From: Candidatus Methanomethylicia archaeon
GTDB taxonomy: Archaea > Thermoproteota > Methanomethylicia > CALHIW01
Direction: 5' to 3'
Assembly (NCBI GenBank): GCA_038845975.1
Contig: JAWBQF010000004.1
Coordinates: 72,020 to 136,019 of the forward strand
Length of the DNA stretch: 64,000 bases
A model generated the notes under the pieces. That model was not told the DNA's origin. It made no database searches and worked only from the letters and a program-made list of their open reading frames with translations. Every line of letters begins with the position of its first letter. The stretch's first letter is position 1. Of the stretch, positions 30,371 through 40,903 are shown piece by piece. A program made the translations under genes and the position numbers.

Positions 30371-31165
30371 TTACTCCCCCTTAAACTCCGGTTTTCTCTT
30401 TTCAAAAAATGCAGTTATACCTTCAATCACATCTTTTGAAGAAATCACCATTCCAAATGCTTCAGCTTCAATTCTTAATCCAGCCTCTAATGATGCTTGA
30501 ACGCCAAGATTTAATGCATACTTAGCGCATTTTAATGCTATTGGTGGACCTTCAGCAAGCTTTCTTGCAAATGCTTTAACTTCCTCTTCAAACCTATCTA
30601 CCTGAACAACCTTATGCACTAATCCAATTCTTAAAGCTTCATCAGCAGTTATTCTATCACCTAACATTATTAGCTCTTTAGCTTTCGCTAAGCCAATTAT
30701 TCGTGGAAGCCTCTGTGTTCCTCCCCATCCCGGAATGATCCCAAGCTTGATCTCAGGCTGACCAAGCTGGCTTGTTTCTGAAGCTATTCTAAAATCACAT
30801 GCAAGAGCTAATTCTAATCCACCACCTAAAGCATATCCATTTATAGCTGCTATAACTGGCTTCGAAATCTTTTCTATCTTCGATATTACCTCCTGCCCTT
30901 TACTTGATGCTTCCACAGCTGTTACTGGTGTTAAGCTGGAAAATGATGTTACATCAGCACCTACACTAAATGCTCTATCACCTGCACCTGTTATAATTAT
31001 GCATCTAACATCTCCATCAGCTTCAAACTCATCTAGAGCTGTTGAAAGTTCGTTTAGTAGTTCTATAGTCATAGCATTTAGTCTATGTGGCCTATTAAGT
31101 ACTATCCAACCTATATTACCCTCCTTTTTCACAATTATATTTTCAAATCTTCTTACCTCAGACAT
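30371..31165 (-). CDS. Enoyl-CoA hydratase (crotonase)
   Basis: LNRP..LNA, AFSVGAD, ALGGGLE and GQPEIKLGIIPGWGGTQRL motifs; both catalytic Glu present. Confidence 0.95.
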   Translation of the reverse strand: MSEVRRFENIIVKKEGNIGWIVLNRPHRLNAMTIELLNELSTALDEFEADGDVRCIIITGAGDRAFSVGADVTSFSSLTPVTAVEASSKGQEVISKIEKISKPVIAAINGYALGGGLELALACDFRIASETSQLGQPEIKLGIIPGWGGTQRLPRIIGLAKAKELIMLGDRITADEALRIGLVHKVVQVDRFEEEVKAFARKLAEGPPIALKCAKYALNLGVQASLEAGLRIEAEAFGMVISSKDVIEGITAFFEKRKPEFKGE

Positions 31166-31170
31166 TATAT

Positions 31171-32367
31171 CTACCTATTATAGATGTGGAAGCCTTGACC
31201 GGTTTTCTTGCCAAGTCTACCCTTACTAACATAGTCTTCAAGAAGGGGGCATGGCTTATACATTTCTTCACCGTATTTTGAATACATATCTCTTAGTTTA
31301 CCTAGCACTACATCTAGACCTAATCTATCTCCTAATTCACACGGTCCTGAAGGCCAGCCAGTACCAAGCTTCATACCAGTATCTATATCTACTGGATCTG
31401 TAACATCTTCATGTATTAGCCAGGCAGCTTCATTAATTGCTACAGCATATACTCTATTTATATCATATTTTCCTGCAAGCGTAAACTTTATTCTTGGTCT
31501 ACCAGATAACCAATCATAAAAGCCCTGACCGGTTTTTTGACCAAGCTTACCCTCATTTAGTAGAGGTTCAGCTAATGGACATGGCTTCATTCTTTCACCG
31601 TATGCTTCATACATAACTTTTGCAACGCTTGCTAGTACATCAAGCCCTACATAGTCAGCAAGCTCAAATATACCCATTGGAAATCCTGCCTTATACTTAA
31701 CCGATGCATCAATCTCCTCTATTGTAGATTCCTTTCGATATACAGTCCAAAATGCTTCATTGAATACTGCTCCAAGAACTCTATTTACTATAAAGCCTCT
31801 AACATCCTTTCTACATGTAACAACGGTTTTACCCATTTTTTTAGCGAGTTCAGTAATAATGTTCATAGTTTCATCACTTGTAAACTGTCCCTTGATTACT
31901 TCACATAGCGGCATTAACTGCGGTGGATTGAAAAAATGCATTCCAGCAATTTTATCCGGTCTACTTGTAGATTTCGATATTTCGGTAATGCTTAGACTTG
32001 AAGTATTAGTTGCCAGGATAGTATGTTTAGGAGCTAACTGGTCAAGCCTAGCAAACAGCTCCTTTTTCAACTCGATTTTTTCAGGTATTGCTTCTATAAC
32101 TACATCAGCACTTCCAGCAACTTCCTCTAGCCTTGTTGTTGTTTTGATACGTGAAAGAATAAGAGATACATCTTCAGGTTTAATTCTTCTTTTCTCAGCA
32201 AATTTTTCAAGACTCCATTTTATCTTTTCAATAGCTTTAGCTAAAATCTCATCGCTTACATCAACCATTACAACATTATATCCAGCAGTTGCAGCGATTT
32301 GAGCAATACCGTGACCCATAGTTCCAGAACCAATAACAACAATATTTCTAACATCTTCAACCTTCAT
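31171..32367 (-). CDS. 3-hydroxyacyl-CoA dehydrogenase
   Basis: GSGTMGHG Rossmann motif, ATNTSSL and GMHFFNP; duplicated C-terminal domain. Confidence 0.95.
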   Translation of the reverse strand: MKVEDVRNIVVIGSGTMGHGIAQIAATAGYNVVMVDVSDEILAKAIEKIKWSLEKFAEKRRIKPEDVSLILSRIKTTTRLEEVAGSADVVIEAIPEKIELKKELFARLDQLAPKHTILATNTSSLSITEISKSTSRPDKIAGMHFFNPPQLMPLCEVIKGQFTSDETMNIITELAKKMGKTVVTCRKDVRGFIVNRVLGAVFNEAFWTVYRKESTIEEIDASVKYKAGFPMGIFELADYVGLDVLASVAKVMYEAYGERMKPCPLAEPLLNEGKLGQKTGQGFYDWLSGRPRIKFTLAGKYDINRVYAVAINEAAWLIHEDVTDPVDIDTGMKLGTGWPSGPCELGDRLGLDVVLGKLRDMYSKYGEEMYKPCPLLEDYVSKGRLGKKTGQGFHIYNR

Positions 32368-32420
32368 AAAATAACCCCATTCAAAATTGAATGTATTGGA
32401 ATTATATAAAGTTTTCCAGA

Positions 32421-32849
32421 TTAAATCGGTGTAAACTCATAGGTTAATGCTCCTTCCTGAGATATCTTAGCCTTTAGTTTAACTTTCATTCCGACCTTTA
32501 TATCTTCTATTAACGCACCTGTAAGCCATGCTAAAACCCTTACACCATCCTTAAGTTTAGCTATAGCTATAGTATAGGGCTCATACTCCTGGAATGATTG
32601 GGGCTTAACTACAACATGAGTAAATGTTTCAATTTCTCCTTCACTACTTATTGGTATCCATTCAATATCTGAGGAGTAACAGTTTGGACAGTCTGCTACT
32701 GGTGGAAAGTTTAGTGTTCCACAATTCTTACACTTTGTTGCAAGCACTTTACCCTCTTTAAGTCCATCCCAAAACTGCTTAATCCTACTTATTGGAATAT
32801 CATAGCTTAAACTCATAGGTCTAGACTTTAGAGTTGGCATGGTTGACAT
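32421..32849 (-). CDS. DUF35 Zn-ribbon/OB-fold thiolase partner
   Basis: CKNCG...CPNC followed by an OB fold; directly after the thiolase. Confidence 0.9.
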   Translation of the reverse strand: MSTMPTLKSRPMSLSYDIPISRIKQFWDGLKEGKVLATKCKNCGTLNFPPVADCPNCYSSDIEWIPISSEGEIETFTHVVVKPQSFQEYEPYTIAIAKLKDGVRVLAWLTGALIEDIKVGMKVKLKAKISQEGALTYEFTPI

Positions 32850-32854
32850 AGTAG

Positions 32855-34033
32855 TTACCTCCTCAATATAGTTACATAGCAGTAATGTCCAGTTCCACCT
32901 ACATTATGAGCTAAGGCTATATACTTTCTAAACGTTACTTGTCTTGATCTTTCAATAGCTTCCCCTCTTAACTGTTTTGTTAATTCAGCAATCATTGAAG
33001 TACCTGTTGCACCTATTGGATGGCCTTTTGCCTTAAGTCCTCCATCAATATTTACCGGTATTTTACCATTAACTTCAACCTCCCCCTCCCTAATCAGCTT
33101 TACACCTTCACCTTTCTTACAGAATCCAAGATCTTCATAGGCCATAAGCTCAGCTATTGTAAAGCAGTCATGAACGCTTGCTAACTCTATATCTTTAGGT
33201 TCAATATTAGCCATTCTATAAGCCATCTGGGATGCTTTAACTGTAGGATATAGTCCAACATAGCTAGATCTCTTACTTAGATTAATAGTACCTGATGAGT
33301 ATCCTAATCCAGCAATCCATATTGGAGTATCTATCTTAAACTCTCTAACCCTATCCTCTGATGCTAATACAATAGTAGCAGAACCATCAGTTATAGGACA
33401 GCAATCATAGAGTTTAAGAGGCCAAGCAATAACCATTGATGATAAAACATCATCTATAGTTATGGGCTTTCTAAATTGAGCATTAGGATTCATAGCTGCA
33501 TACTTATGGTTTTTAACAGCTATTAATGCTAAATCCTCCTCTGTTGTTCCATACTTAGCCATATGAGCAGTTGCATGTAATGCATAGTATGCTGGAAACG
33601 TTACACCAAAGTTATGGAACTCCCATAAGTAACATCCAGCTCTACCCATAAGTTCAATAGCAGTTATAGTATCAACCTCCCTCATCTTCTCAACACCAAC
33701 AACAAGAGCTACATCAATCTGACCACTTGCAATAGCTGAATATGCAGTAAAAAACGCAGCACTACCAGTTGCACAGGCAGCTTCAGTTCTAAGTAAACCC
33801 ACACCTGATAAACCACAATACTCAGCTATACTTACTGCTGGTAACGGCTCCTCATACCAGACCCCAATAGATCCTAAAACCATAAGCTCAATATCTCTCT
33901 TATCAACTCCAGCATCCTCAATTGCAGGCTTAATAGATTCAAATGCAAGCTCATTAACATTTACATCCTGTCTAACTCCAAACTTTGAATGGCCAACACC
34001 GATAATTGCAACACGTCTAAACATTAAAATCAC
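32855..34033 (-). CDS. Archaeal acetyl-CoA acetyltransferase (thiolase)
   Basis: EAACATG, CPITDG, HDCFT, GHPIGATG and HNVGG motifs. Confidence 0.95.
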   Translation of the reverse strand: MILMFRRVAIIGVGHSKFGVRQDVNVNELAFESIKPAIEDAGVDKRDIELMVLGSIGVWYEEPLPAVSIAEYCGLSGVGLLRTEAACATGSAAFFTAYSAIASGQIDVALVVGVEKMREVDTITAIELMGRAGCYLWEFHNFGVTFPAYYALHATAHMAKYGTTEEDLALIAVKNHKYAAMNPNAQFRKPITIDDVLSSMVIAWPLKLYDCCPITDGSATIVLASEDRVREFKIDTPIWIAGLGYSSGTINLSKRSSYVGLYPTVKASQMAYRMANIEPKDIELASVHDCFTIAELMAYEDLGFCKKGEGVKLIREGEVEVNGKIPVNIDGGLKAKGHPIGATGTSMIAELTKQLRGEAIERSRQVTFRKYIALAHNVGGTGHYCYVTILRR

Positions 34034-34221
34034 AATTTAAGACTCTATACATTCTTATATTCTTTATGTTAAATCAAGACTTTAAAGATTGTTAGAAGGA
34101 TAAAATAGGAGTTTTCAAGGAGTTGCTTTATGATAAATAGCCGTATAGCTACTATTTATTCGTGAAATCCATTGCTATTTCCTTAATTCCTAAGGGAAAA
34201 TCGATGAAGTCTAAATTAATA

Positions 34222-34713
34222 CTATCTGGGAGTATTAGATTGAATGTTTAATTGCCTTCCTTCTGTATCTATCTCTCCCTTTCTAATTCTTGTTGAGGAA
34301 ATTGGTTTACCGTTTTCTGCTTTAACTAGTTTAATAACTATTATATCTAGTTTTTTAAGTCCTTTCTTTTCTCTGATTTCATTTATTTCTAAAGCTCTTC
34401 TCTCTGTTTCTTCACTTACAATTATAGCATCTAGATCAGGTATGCTTACTGCTGGTCCAAACACATCACTTATCGGTACTATTTCTACTCTATCTAACCA
34501 TCCTTTAGCTGCTAGAAAATCTCTAATTTTTCTCTCTCTCTCTTCATAGCTCTCAATTAAGTTATGGTATTCCTTATTTTTTATTAAATGTTCATCAGCT
34601 AGCCCTATTAACACCTTATCTCCAATAGTAAATGCTGTTTCAATTATTACTTTATGCCCTTTATGTAGATGATTAAATGTACCACCTAAACATACATAAG
34701 CATATTTCGACAT
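34222..34713 (-). CDS. coaD: Phosphopantetheine adenylyltransferase (archaeal/eukaryotic type)
   Basis: GGTFNHLHKGH, IVSEET and ISSTRIR.GEID motifs. Confidence 0.9.
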   Translation of the reverse strand: MSKYAYVCLGGTFNHLHKGHKVIIETAFTIGDKVLIGLADEHLIKNKEYHNLIESYEERERKIRDFLAAKGWLDRVEIVPISDVFGPAVSIPDLDAIIVSEETERRALEINEIREKKGLKKLDIIVIKLVKAENGKPISSTRIRKGEIDTEGRQLNIQSNTPR

Positions 34714-34987
34714 ATAAGCAATAATTATCTACTTAAATATTAATCTTTTCAAGTAGTAAATACATTGCAGTATGTTAACATTAAATGATCTTAATATATA
34801 ATAGCTTCCTTTAATTTTATTTATAGAGTTATATTTCAAGATCTTTTAATTTTAGATATGAAGAGTTCTTGATTACATTATATTAATCCTTAAGAGTATT
34901 ATTAAATATTAATGGTGAATAGGAAGAGTTTGGAGACTTATTTGGCAACATATTTAACCAACTTAAAAGATACAAATACTAGAAGTA

Positions 34988-35512
34988 TTATTTTCTTCTA
35001 TATTGTTTAGGACTAAAACCTCTTCTAAGCAGAGCTTCTAATAGAAGGTAGCCAAGTATATTGATTGCTATAAATGAACCGATGAAGATACTGATTAATC
35101 CTATCTCTATAGGAATATTGAAGATAAGAGATAAATATCCACCAACAATAAATGTTATTATAACTGTTTCTGCAAAACATCCTAGAATTCTACGTTTACG
35201 TGTTAAGCTACCTCTACATATATGGTAGGCTACTGTGCAGGCTATAAGGTTTGCAGCAGAACCACCAATAATATCTATAACTCCTAATCCACCATAGAAG
35301 TTTGCAGCTAGACAGCCTATACATGTTCCAATAGCTACGGGCATGCCGAACATCATGGATAAAGGTAATAAAGCATCTGCAATCCTTACCTGATAAACTC
35401 CAAAGCTTATCGGAGCTAAAGAAGTAACAATTACGGCGTAAAGCCCAGCAAAAACACCTGTATAAGCTATCTCTCTACCTCTAAACTTAAAAACTCCAAC
35501 CATATGTAACAC
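34988..35512 (-). CDS. QueT-family membrane transporter
   Basis: LAPISFG.YQVRIADAL, GC..ANF.G and DIIGGS motifs. Confidence 0.82.
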   Translation of the reverse strand: MLHMVGVFKFRGREIAYTGVFAGLYAVIVTSLAPISFGVYQVRIADALLPLSMMFGMPVAIGTCIGCLAANFYGGLGVIDIIGGSAANLIACTVAYHICRGSLTRKRRILGCFAETVIITFIVGGYLSLIFNIPIEIGLISIFIGSFIAINILGYLLLEALLRRGFSPKQYRRK

Positions 35513-35699
35513 AAAATAGAAAATATTTACACCTCTTAACTCTTACTAAAATCTCCTTGATTTAGTGATAGAGAATACCTGCTAACCGACTATTAGCCAT
35601 ATATATACTCCCATATCTAAATTCGAAGAATAGATAGAATACTTTGGATAAGCTAAATTGGTTAAATAGCTAAATCATAGGGAAGCTGGTAGTTATGAT

Positions 35700-35980
35700 A
35701 ATTACTGTTTAGGTTTTGAAGTAAATTTAGAAACATGGTAATGTTAAGTTTAACTAATTAGAGAATTCAAGATATATGTTGTTTAAGTATGATTATGATT
35801 TTGATGAAGATGTGTTGGGGAAATCACTAAGAAATTTAAGCAGAGAATTAGAGTATTCTTCAACCTAATAAAATCAAACTCCAATAAGCTATATTCTAGA
35901 TGATAAAATACAATTAAATACTGGAATCTATTTACTAAGCTACTCATATCATCTACAACTATCTAAGAAGAAGTTAAATT
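35700..35980 (+). pseudogene. IS6-family transposase C-terminal relic
   Basis: KKFKQRIRVFFN fragment resembles the IS6 K.R...F.N motif; heavily decayed. Confidence 0.4.
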
Positions 35981-36170
35981 GTCATACCTAGAAAAAGAAA
36001 GAGGAAGAAATAAATAGAGATGGAATGAAGAATAGACATAAAATAGGTCTACTTATTTCCTCCACCTAAATGTTATTAGATTAAAGATAGGGATTATGAA
36101 AAACCTATATACCATAGAAATGTTTCGATTTCGCTCTAAATCTTCTCTACTCTTAAGTTTTAAAGAGAAT

Positions 36171-37664
36171 TTAAGTTTTATTTTTAAGTTTTTCTCTTAC
36201 ATATGAAATTAATGGTAGAAGCCATGCAAGTATTGTTAGTATACTTAAAGCTGCTGCAATAGGTCTTGTAAAGAATGGAGCTACTTCCCCTCTAGTTTTA
36301 ATTATGCTCATCATGAATTGACGTTCAAGTATAGGCTGTAAAACTATTCCTAAAACCATTGGAGCTGTTGGAAATCTGTTTTGTTCCATGAAGTATGCTA
36401 TGATACCTAGTATAAGCATTAAAGCTACATCAAAGAGACTATTATTTATCGCGTAAGATCCAATAATACAGAATACAAGTATTGCAGGCATTAATATGTT
36501 TCGTGGTATCTTTAAAAGTAGACTGCTTAATCTTATTGTAAGATAGCCGAATGGAAGCATGATTATATTAGCTAGTATGAATATAGTGAATAATGCATAT
36601 ACGAGATCTGATTGCTGCTGAAATATTAATGGTCCAGGTCTAAGTCCCTTCATCATTAAAACACCTAGAACAATAGCAGTAATAGAGTCCCCAGGTATTC
36701 CGAATACTAATGTAGGTATCCATGCACCTGCAAGTGAAGAATTGTTTGCAGACCCAGCATCAACAATAGCCTCAATACTACCTTTACCGAACTTATCTTT
36801 CTCCCTGGAGAATTGTTTTGAAACACCATATGCAACCCATGCTGCAATATCTGCTCCAGCACCTGGTAATGCACCGATAAATGTCCCTATCAATGATGAT
36901 CTTACAAAGTTTATCTTATACTTTCTAAGTACAGATAAAACATCTCTAAGTATATATTTCACTCTTGTTTCAGCTATAGATTCATAAACTTTTTCACTAC
37001 TAACCTGTCTAATTATTTCAGGTATACCGAATATACCTATCATAGCAGGTATAAACGATACTCCGCCTAGAAGCTCAACATTACCAAATGTAAATCTAGC
37101 AAATCCATATGTTTCATCTAAACCTATAGATGCCAGAAAGAGACCTAATAGAAGAGATAATGCACCTTTAATCGGTGAACCTGTTGAAACTGCTACAGCA
37201 GTACTTAACCCGAAGGCACACAGCCAGAAATACTCAATAGAGGTAAATGATGATGCAAACTCTGCAAGTGGAGGAGCAAACAGTATTAACATCAATACAC
37301 CAAAAAGCCCTGATAAAAATCCTCCAATTATAAGGTCAATACCTAAAACAAGTCCAGCCTTACCCTGTTTTGCAAGCTCATATGAATCCTGAGTAAAAGC
37401 AGCTGATGCTGGTGTACCTGGTATTCTTATTAGTGTTGCAGGTATATCTCCCGCGAATATTGCTAATGCCGACATGGTTATAATCATAGCTAATCCTGGA
37501 AGAGGAGGAAGCCAAAATGTGAATGGGACAAGAAGAGCTGTAGCCATAGTAGCTGTAAGTCCGGGGATTGTTCCAATAAAAAGCCCATATAAAGCAGCAA
37601 CTACAATAGCGAAAACAACTTCAGGATTTAAAATCATTGATAAAATTTGGAAAGCATCAATCAT
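36171..37664 (-). CDS. tctA: Tripartite tricarboxylate transporter large membrane subunit
   Basis: Repeated G..PG motifs (GTIPGLTA, IPGTPAS, GALPGAGA, GIPGD); about 12 TM helices. Confidence 0.93.
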   Translation of the reverse strand: MIDAFQILSMILNPEVVFAIVVAALYGLFIGTIPGLTATMATALLVPFTFWLPPLPGLAMIITMSALAIFAGDIPATLIRIPGTPASAAFTQDSYELAKQGKAGLVLGIDLIIGGFLSGLFGVLMLILFAPPLAEFASSFTSIEYFWLCAFGLSTAVAVSTGSPIKGALSLLLGLFLASIGLDETYGFARFTFGNVELLGGVSFIPAMIGIFGIPEIIRQVSSEKVYESIAETRVKYILRDVLSVLRKYKINFVRSSLIGTFIGALPGAGADIAAWVAYGVSKQFSREKDKFGKGSIEAIVDAGSANNSSLAGAWIPTLVFGIPGDSITAIVLGVLMMKGLRPGPLIFQQQSDLVYALFTIFILANIIMLPFGYLTIRLSSLLLKIPRNILMPAILVFCIIGSYAINNSLFDVALMLILGIIAYFMEQNRFPTAPMVLGIVLQPILERQFMMSIIKTRGEVAPFFTRPIAAALSILTILAWLLPLISYVREKLKNKT

Positions 37665-38122
37665 CTAAACACACCCATAGGCAAATTAATCTTTAGTACA
37701 ATACCGAATAGGAAATAGGTACCGAACGTGATTGATAATGTAATTATAATATTATGATAGATCGGTACCTTCATTAACATCATAGTAACAAATAAGATAA
37801 GAAATATTGTTAATATATATCCTAAAACATTTACGAGATATATATATGCAATTACACCTAATATAATCGATATAGCATTATAGAATCCACTACTCCTAAA
37901 AATATTTGAGAAACTAGGGAAATCGATTTTAAAATCCTTCTCTAATAATCCTTTAATAGTGAGAACTAATGCAAAAATAATTATTAGTATTGAAACTATA
38001 CGAGGGAAAAAATCGGGCCCGGGAAGTCCAGGCCCAGCTTTAGGATAATCTAGTGTATCATAGTATATACATGCTCCAAACACTATGAATACGATGCCGA
38101 ATATTACATCCCTTATATTCAT
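37661..38122 (-). CDS. tctB: Tripartite tricarboxylate transporter small subunit
   Basis: Four TM helices, GPDFFP and C-terminal LKINLPMG; lies between tctC and tctA. Confidence 0.88.
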   Translation of the reverse strand: MNIRDVIFGIVFIVFGACIYYDTLDYPKAGPGLPGPDFFPRIVSILIIIFALVLTIKGLLEKDFKIDFPSFSNIFRSSGFYNAISIILGVIAYIYLVNVLGYILTIFLILFVTMMLMKVPIYHNIIITLSITFGTYFLFGIVLKINLPMGVFR

Positions 38123-38125
38123 AGC

Positions 38126-39127
38126 TTATTTACCGTATGCTTCCTTTACTAGTTTACCTACTGATTCATAATCTTCAGCTAGGAATTTTGCGAAATCACT
38201 TGATCCCCTCCAAACCATTCCGAAACCATTAGTATTCATGAAGTCTTTAAACTCCTTTGAATCATATATCTTCTTCAACGCATCCTCAAGAATCTTTACT
38301 ATATAGTCAGGTGTACCTTTAGGAACTGCAAATCCTCTCCATGCTCCATAACTCCATTTCATTCCAAGCTCATTCAATGTCGGTATATTAGGCATTGCTG
38401 GATTCCTCTCATCAGCCATAACAGCTAAACATTTAACCTTTCCAGCATCAATTAATGGCTTAGCTTCAGGTAGACTACATGTAGTTATAGCAATTCCTCC
38501 AGCAACAACTTCCTGGAGTGCGGGCGCTGCACCTGTACTTGGAACCCAACGTACAGAGTTAGGGTCTAAACCGGCTGTTTTTAACCATCCTATCCTTGCT
38601 ATATCCCATACTCCACCTAAAGCTGTACCTGAAGCTGTAAGTTCACCTGGATGCTTCCTAATATAGTCTAAAAGTTCATGTACATTATTCCATGGAGCAT
38701 CAGCTCTCACATTTATTGCTGCAGGATCAAAATTTATCTGTGCAATAGGTTTAAAATCAATATATGTAACATTAGCAAACCCCATCCATTTAAGCATACT
38801 TAACTCCCAAGTTATTATTGTAAGCGTATACCCATCTGGAGGAGCTGTTGCTCCGGCAGTATGTCCTACTGCACCTCCACCACCAACTCTATTCTCAACG
38901 CTTACAGGTACTCCAAGCTCTTTTTCAAGTAGTGATGCTACCATTCTACTTATCCTATCAGTTCCACCTCCAGCAGCCCATGGACATATTATCACAATAG
39001 GCTTAGATGGATACTTTGGAGGAGCGGTTACAGTAGAGTAGTACCAATAACCAGCAGCAATAGCAACGATAAGCAGTACAACAATAACGGCAGCTATAGT
39101 GGACTTCGTTATAGCTAACCTATTCAC
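38126..39127 (-). CDS. tctC: Tripartite tricarboxylate transporter substrate-binding protein (Bug/TctC)
   Basis: YPSKPI.IICPWAAGGGTD, PPDGYTL and PKGTP motifs; N-terminal membrane anchor. Confidence 0.92.
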   Translation of the reverse strand: MNRLAITKSTIAAVIVVLLIVAIAAGYWYYSTVTAPPKYPSKPIVIICPWAAGGGTDRISRMVASLLEKELGVPVSVENRVGGGGAVGHTAGATAPPDGYTLTIITWELSMLKWMGFANVTYIDFKPIAQINFDPAAINVRADAPWNNVHELLDYIRKHPGELTASGTALGGVWDIARIGWLKTAGLDPNSVRWVPSTGAAPALQEVVAGGIAITTCSLPEAKPLIDAGKVKCLAVMADERNPAMPNIPTLNELGMKWSYGAWRGFAVPKGTPDYIVKILEDALKKIYDSKEFKDFMNTNGFGMVWRGSSDFAKFLAEDYESVGKLVKEAYGK

Positions 39128-39483
39128 AAATAGTCACCATAATAATGAAAGATAGAAGTTTATATTTCTTTCGCTTTCACTGGAATTGCCTCTGTTAACT
39201 TAAGTAGAGTATTCTAGGTAGAACGTTTCTTTAAAGTAGAAGTAGTTATGACTTAGCAGTAATGATCTATTTTAATATTTAAGTATGACTAGGCTATAGT
39301 AGTACTTAACCATCCTACTATAAGCAGTAAACATATATTAAGATACTTCCACACAATCTAAACAAATAAGTATTGAGAATGTGTAGATGGAAAATCATTC
39401 ACCATATTATTAAGAAGTAGAAATTAATAAATATGGCTTATAGGAACTAGGTGTTTAGTCTAAGTATTGGTAGTGAATAGGCT

Positions 39484-40359
39484 GTGAAGTTAGCTTATAG
39501 ATTAGGAGTATTAAACCTGAAGACTTCAGGATACTTATCCGTAGCTATTGCTGCAGTTATTTGGGGTTCTAATGGAGTAATTGTTAACTGGATTCCTCTT
39601 AATGCATATGTTATTGCTTTCTTCAGAGTATTATTTGCCAGTTTAAGCCTCTTACCTGTAGTGTTCCTAGTATGGAGGTTTGAAGCATTAAAGGCAGCTC
39701 AAGCCTGGCGAACTATGCTGACTTTAGGAGCATTATTGGGTTTAGGCTGGGGATTCCTCTTCTCATCAATGAAGCTAATCGCTATAGCTAATGCTGTTCT
39801 ACTAAACTATATGGCACCAATCTTCACAGCCATACTTGCACCCATATTTTTAAAGGAGAAAATTGAAAGAAACACTATAGTAGCACTAGCTATATCTATG
39901 ATGGGTGTTATGCTAATTTCATATCAAGATACTTTTCAAGGTAATCTAAATATTCTGGGAGTAGTATTTGGATTACTTGCTGGGTTTGCTTATGCTGGCT
40001 TTATCATTCTATCTAAGAAGGCTATGAATAGATTTCCCAGCTATATTGTAGCTTTCTACTCCTACCTAGCAACTATACCGTTCCTCATTCCCTTCCTAAT
40101 AGGTATTGATCTATCCATGAATTTAACATCCTGGATTCTTCTAATAATACTAGGTAGCTTCAATACAGGTTTTGCTGTTACACTTTACCTCTATGGGCTT
40201 AGATTAATTAAAGCTCAGAAAGCTGTAATCTTCACATATTTAGAGCCTACAAGTGCTATGATTTTCGGCTTTATCTTCCTAGGTCAACAGCCAACATACA
40301 TCATGCTTACTGGCGGCTTCCTAATTCTTCTCGCAGGATACATTGTAGCCTCAAAATAG
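39484..40359 (+). CDS. EamA/DMT-family transporter
   Basis: About 10 TM helices with two EamA repeats (NYMAPIF...FLKE, YLEP...FLG). Confidence 0.9.
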   Translation: MKLAYRLGVLNLKTSGYLSVAIAAVIWGSNGVIVNWIPLNAYVIAFFRVLFASLSLLPVVFLVWRFEALKAAQAWRTMLTLGALLGLGWGFLFSSMKLIAIANAVLLNYMAPIFTAILAPIFLKEKIERNTIVALAISMMGVMLISYQDTFQGNLNILGVVFGLLAGFAYAGFIILSKKAMNRFPSYIVAFYSYLATIPFLIPFLIGIDLSMNLTSWILLIILGSFNTGFAVTLYLYGLRLIKAQKAVIFTYLEPTSAMIFGFIFLGQQPTYIMLTGGFLILLAGYIVASK

Positions 40360-40903
40360 ATATTATAAGTTAATGGCTAAATAGAATTAAACTAACCGGT
40401 TAGACGTAAAGCCCACTATAAACTGGTTCTTAATAGTTTTAGCCAATCTATTTTATACTTAGAAAGTGTCCCCTATCAATATCCTGAACTATCTAATCTA
40501 AAGACAACTAAGAGTATTAATCTTTAATTTTACTTAAGCATCATCCTCCTATACATCAGATTACTCCATAAAATAATAAATGAAATAGACTATTCTTCTA
40601 CATCTCAATAGTGTTTACTCTCTTAAAGAAGCCATAACTACTAATTATATCAACATAGGGTAAGAATACCTCTAAATAAAACCCTTAAAGTTAACAGGGT
40701 GCTTTTCATGTCGATAAGAATTAATAGTATCTTCATAGTATATATGAGCTGAAGATGCTGTACTTAATTAGATACAGGTTCTAAAATGATAGCATGACTT
40801 ATCTTCTATGCATGTGAAAGAGAGTTATCATCACATTAGTAAAGTTTAACTAGAATATTTTGTTAAGTATTTTAATGCTTCAGAGTATTATGATTGTGGA
40901 ATT

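Noticed and set aside
31760-32302. 180-aa plus-strand ORF and other antisense ORFs (e.g. 721-978, 16881-17234, 48129-48590, 48577-48963)
   Set aside because: They overlap well-supported genes on the opposite strand and have no motifs.
39190-40700. CTGTTAACTT / AAGTTAACAG inverted pair flanking the EamA gene as a cargo element
   Set aside because: Only about 10 bp in AT-rich DNA full of IS6 ends, with no target duplication.
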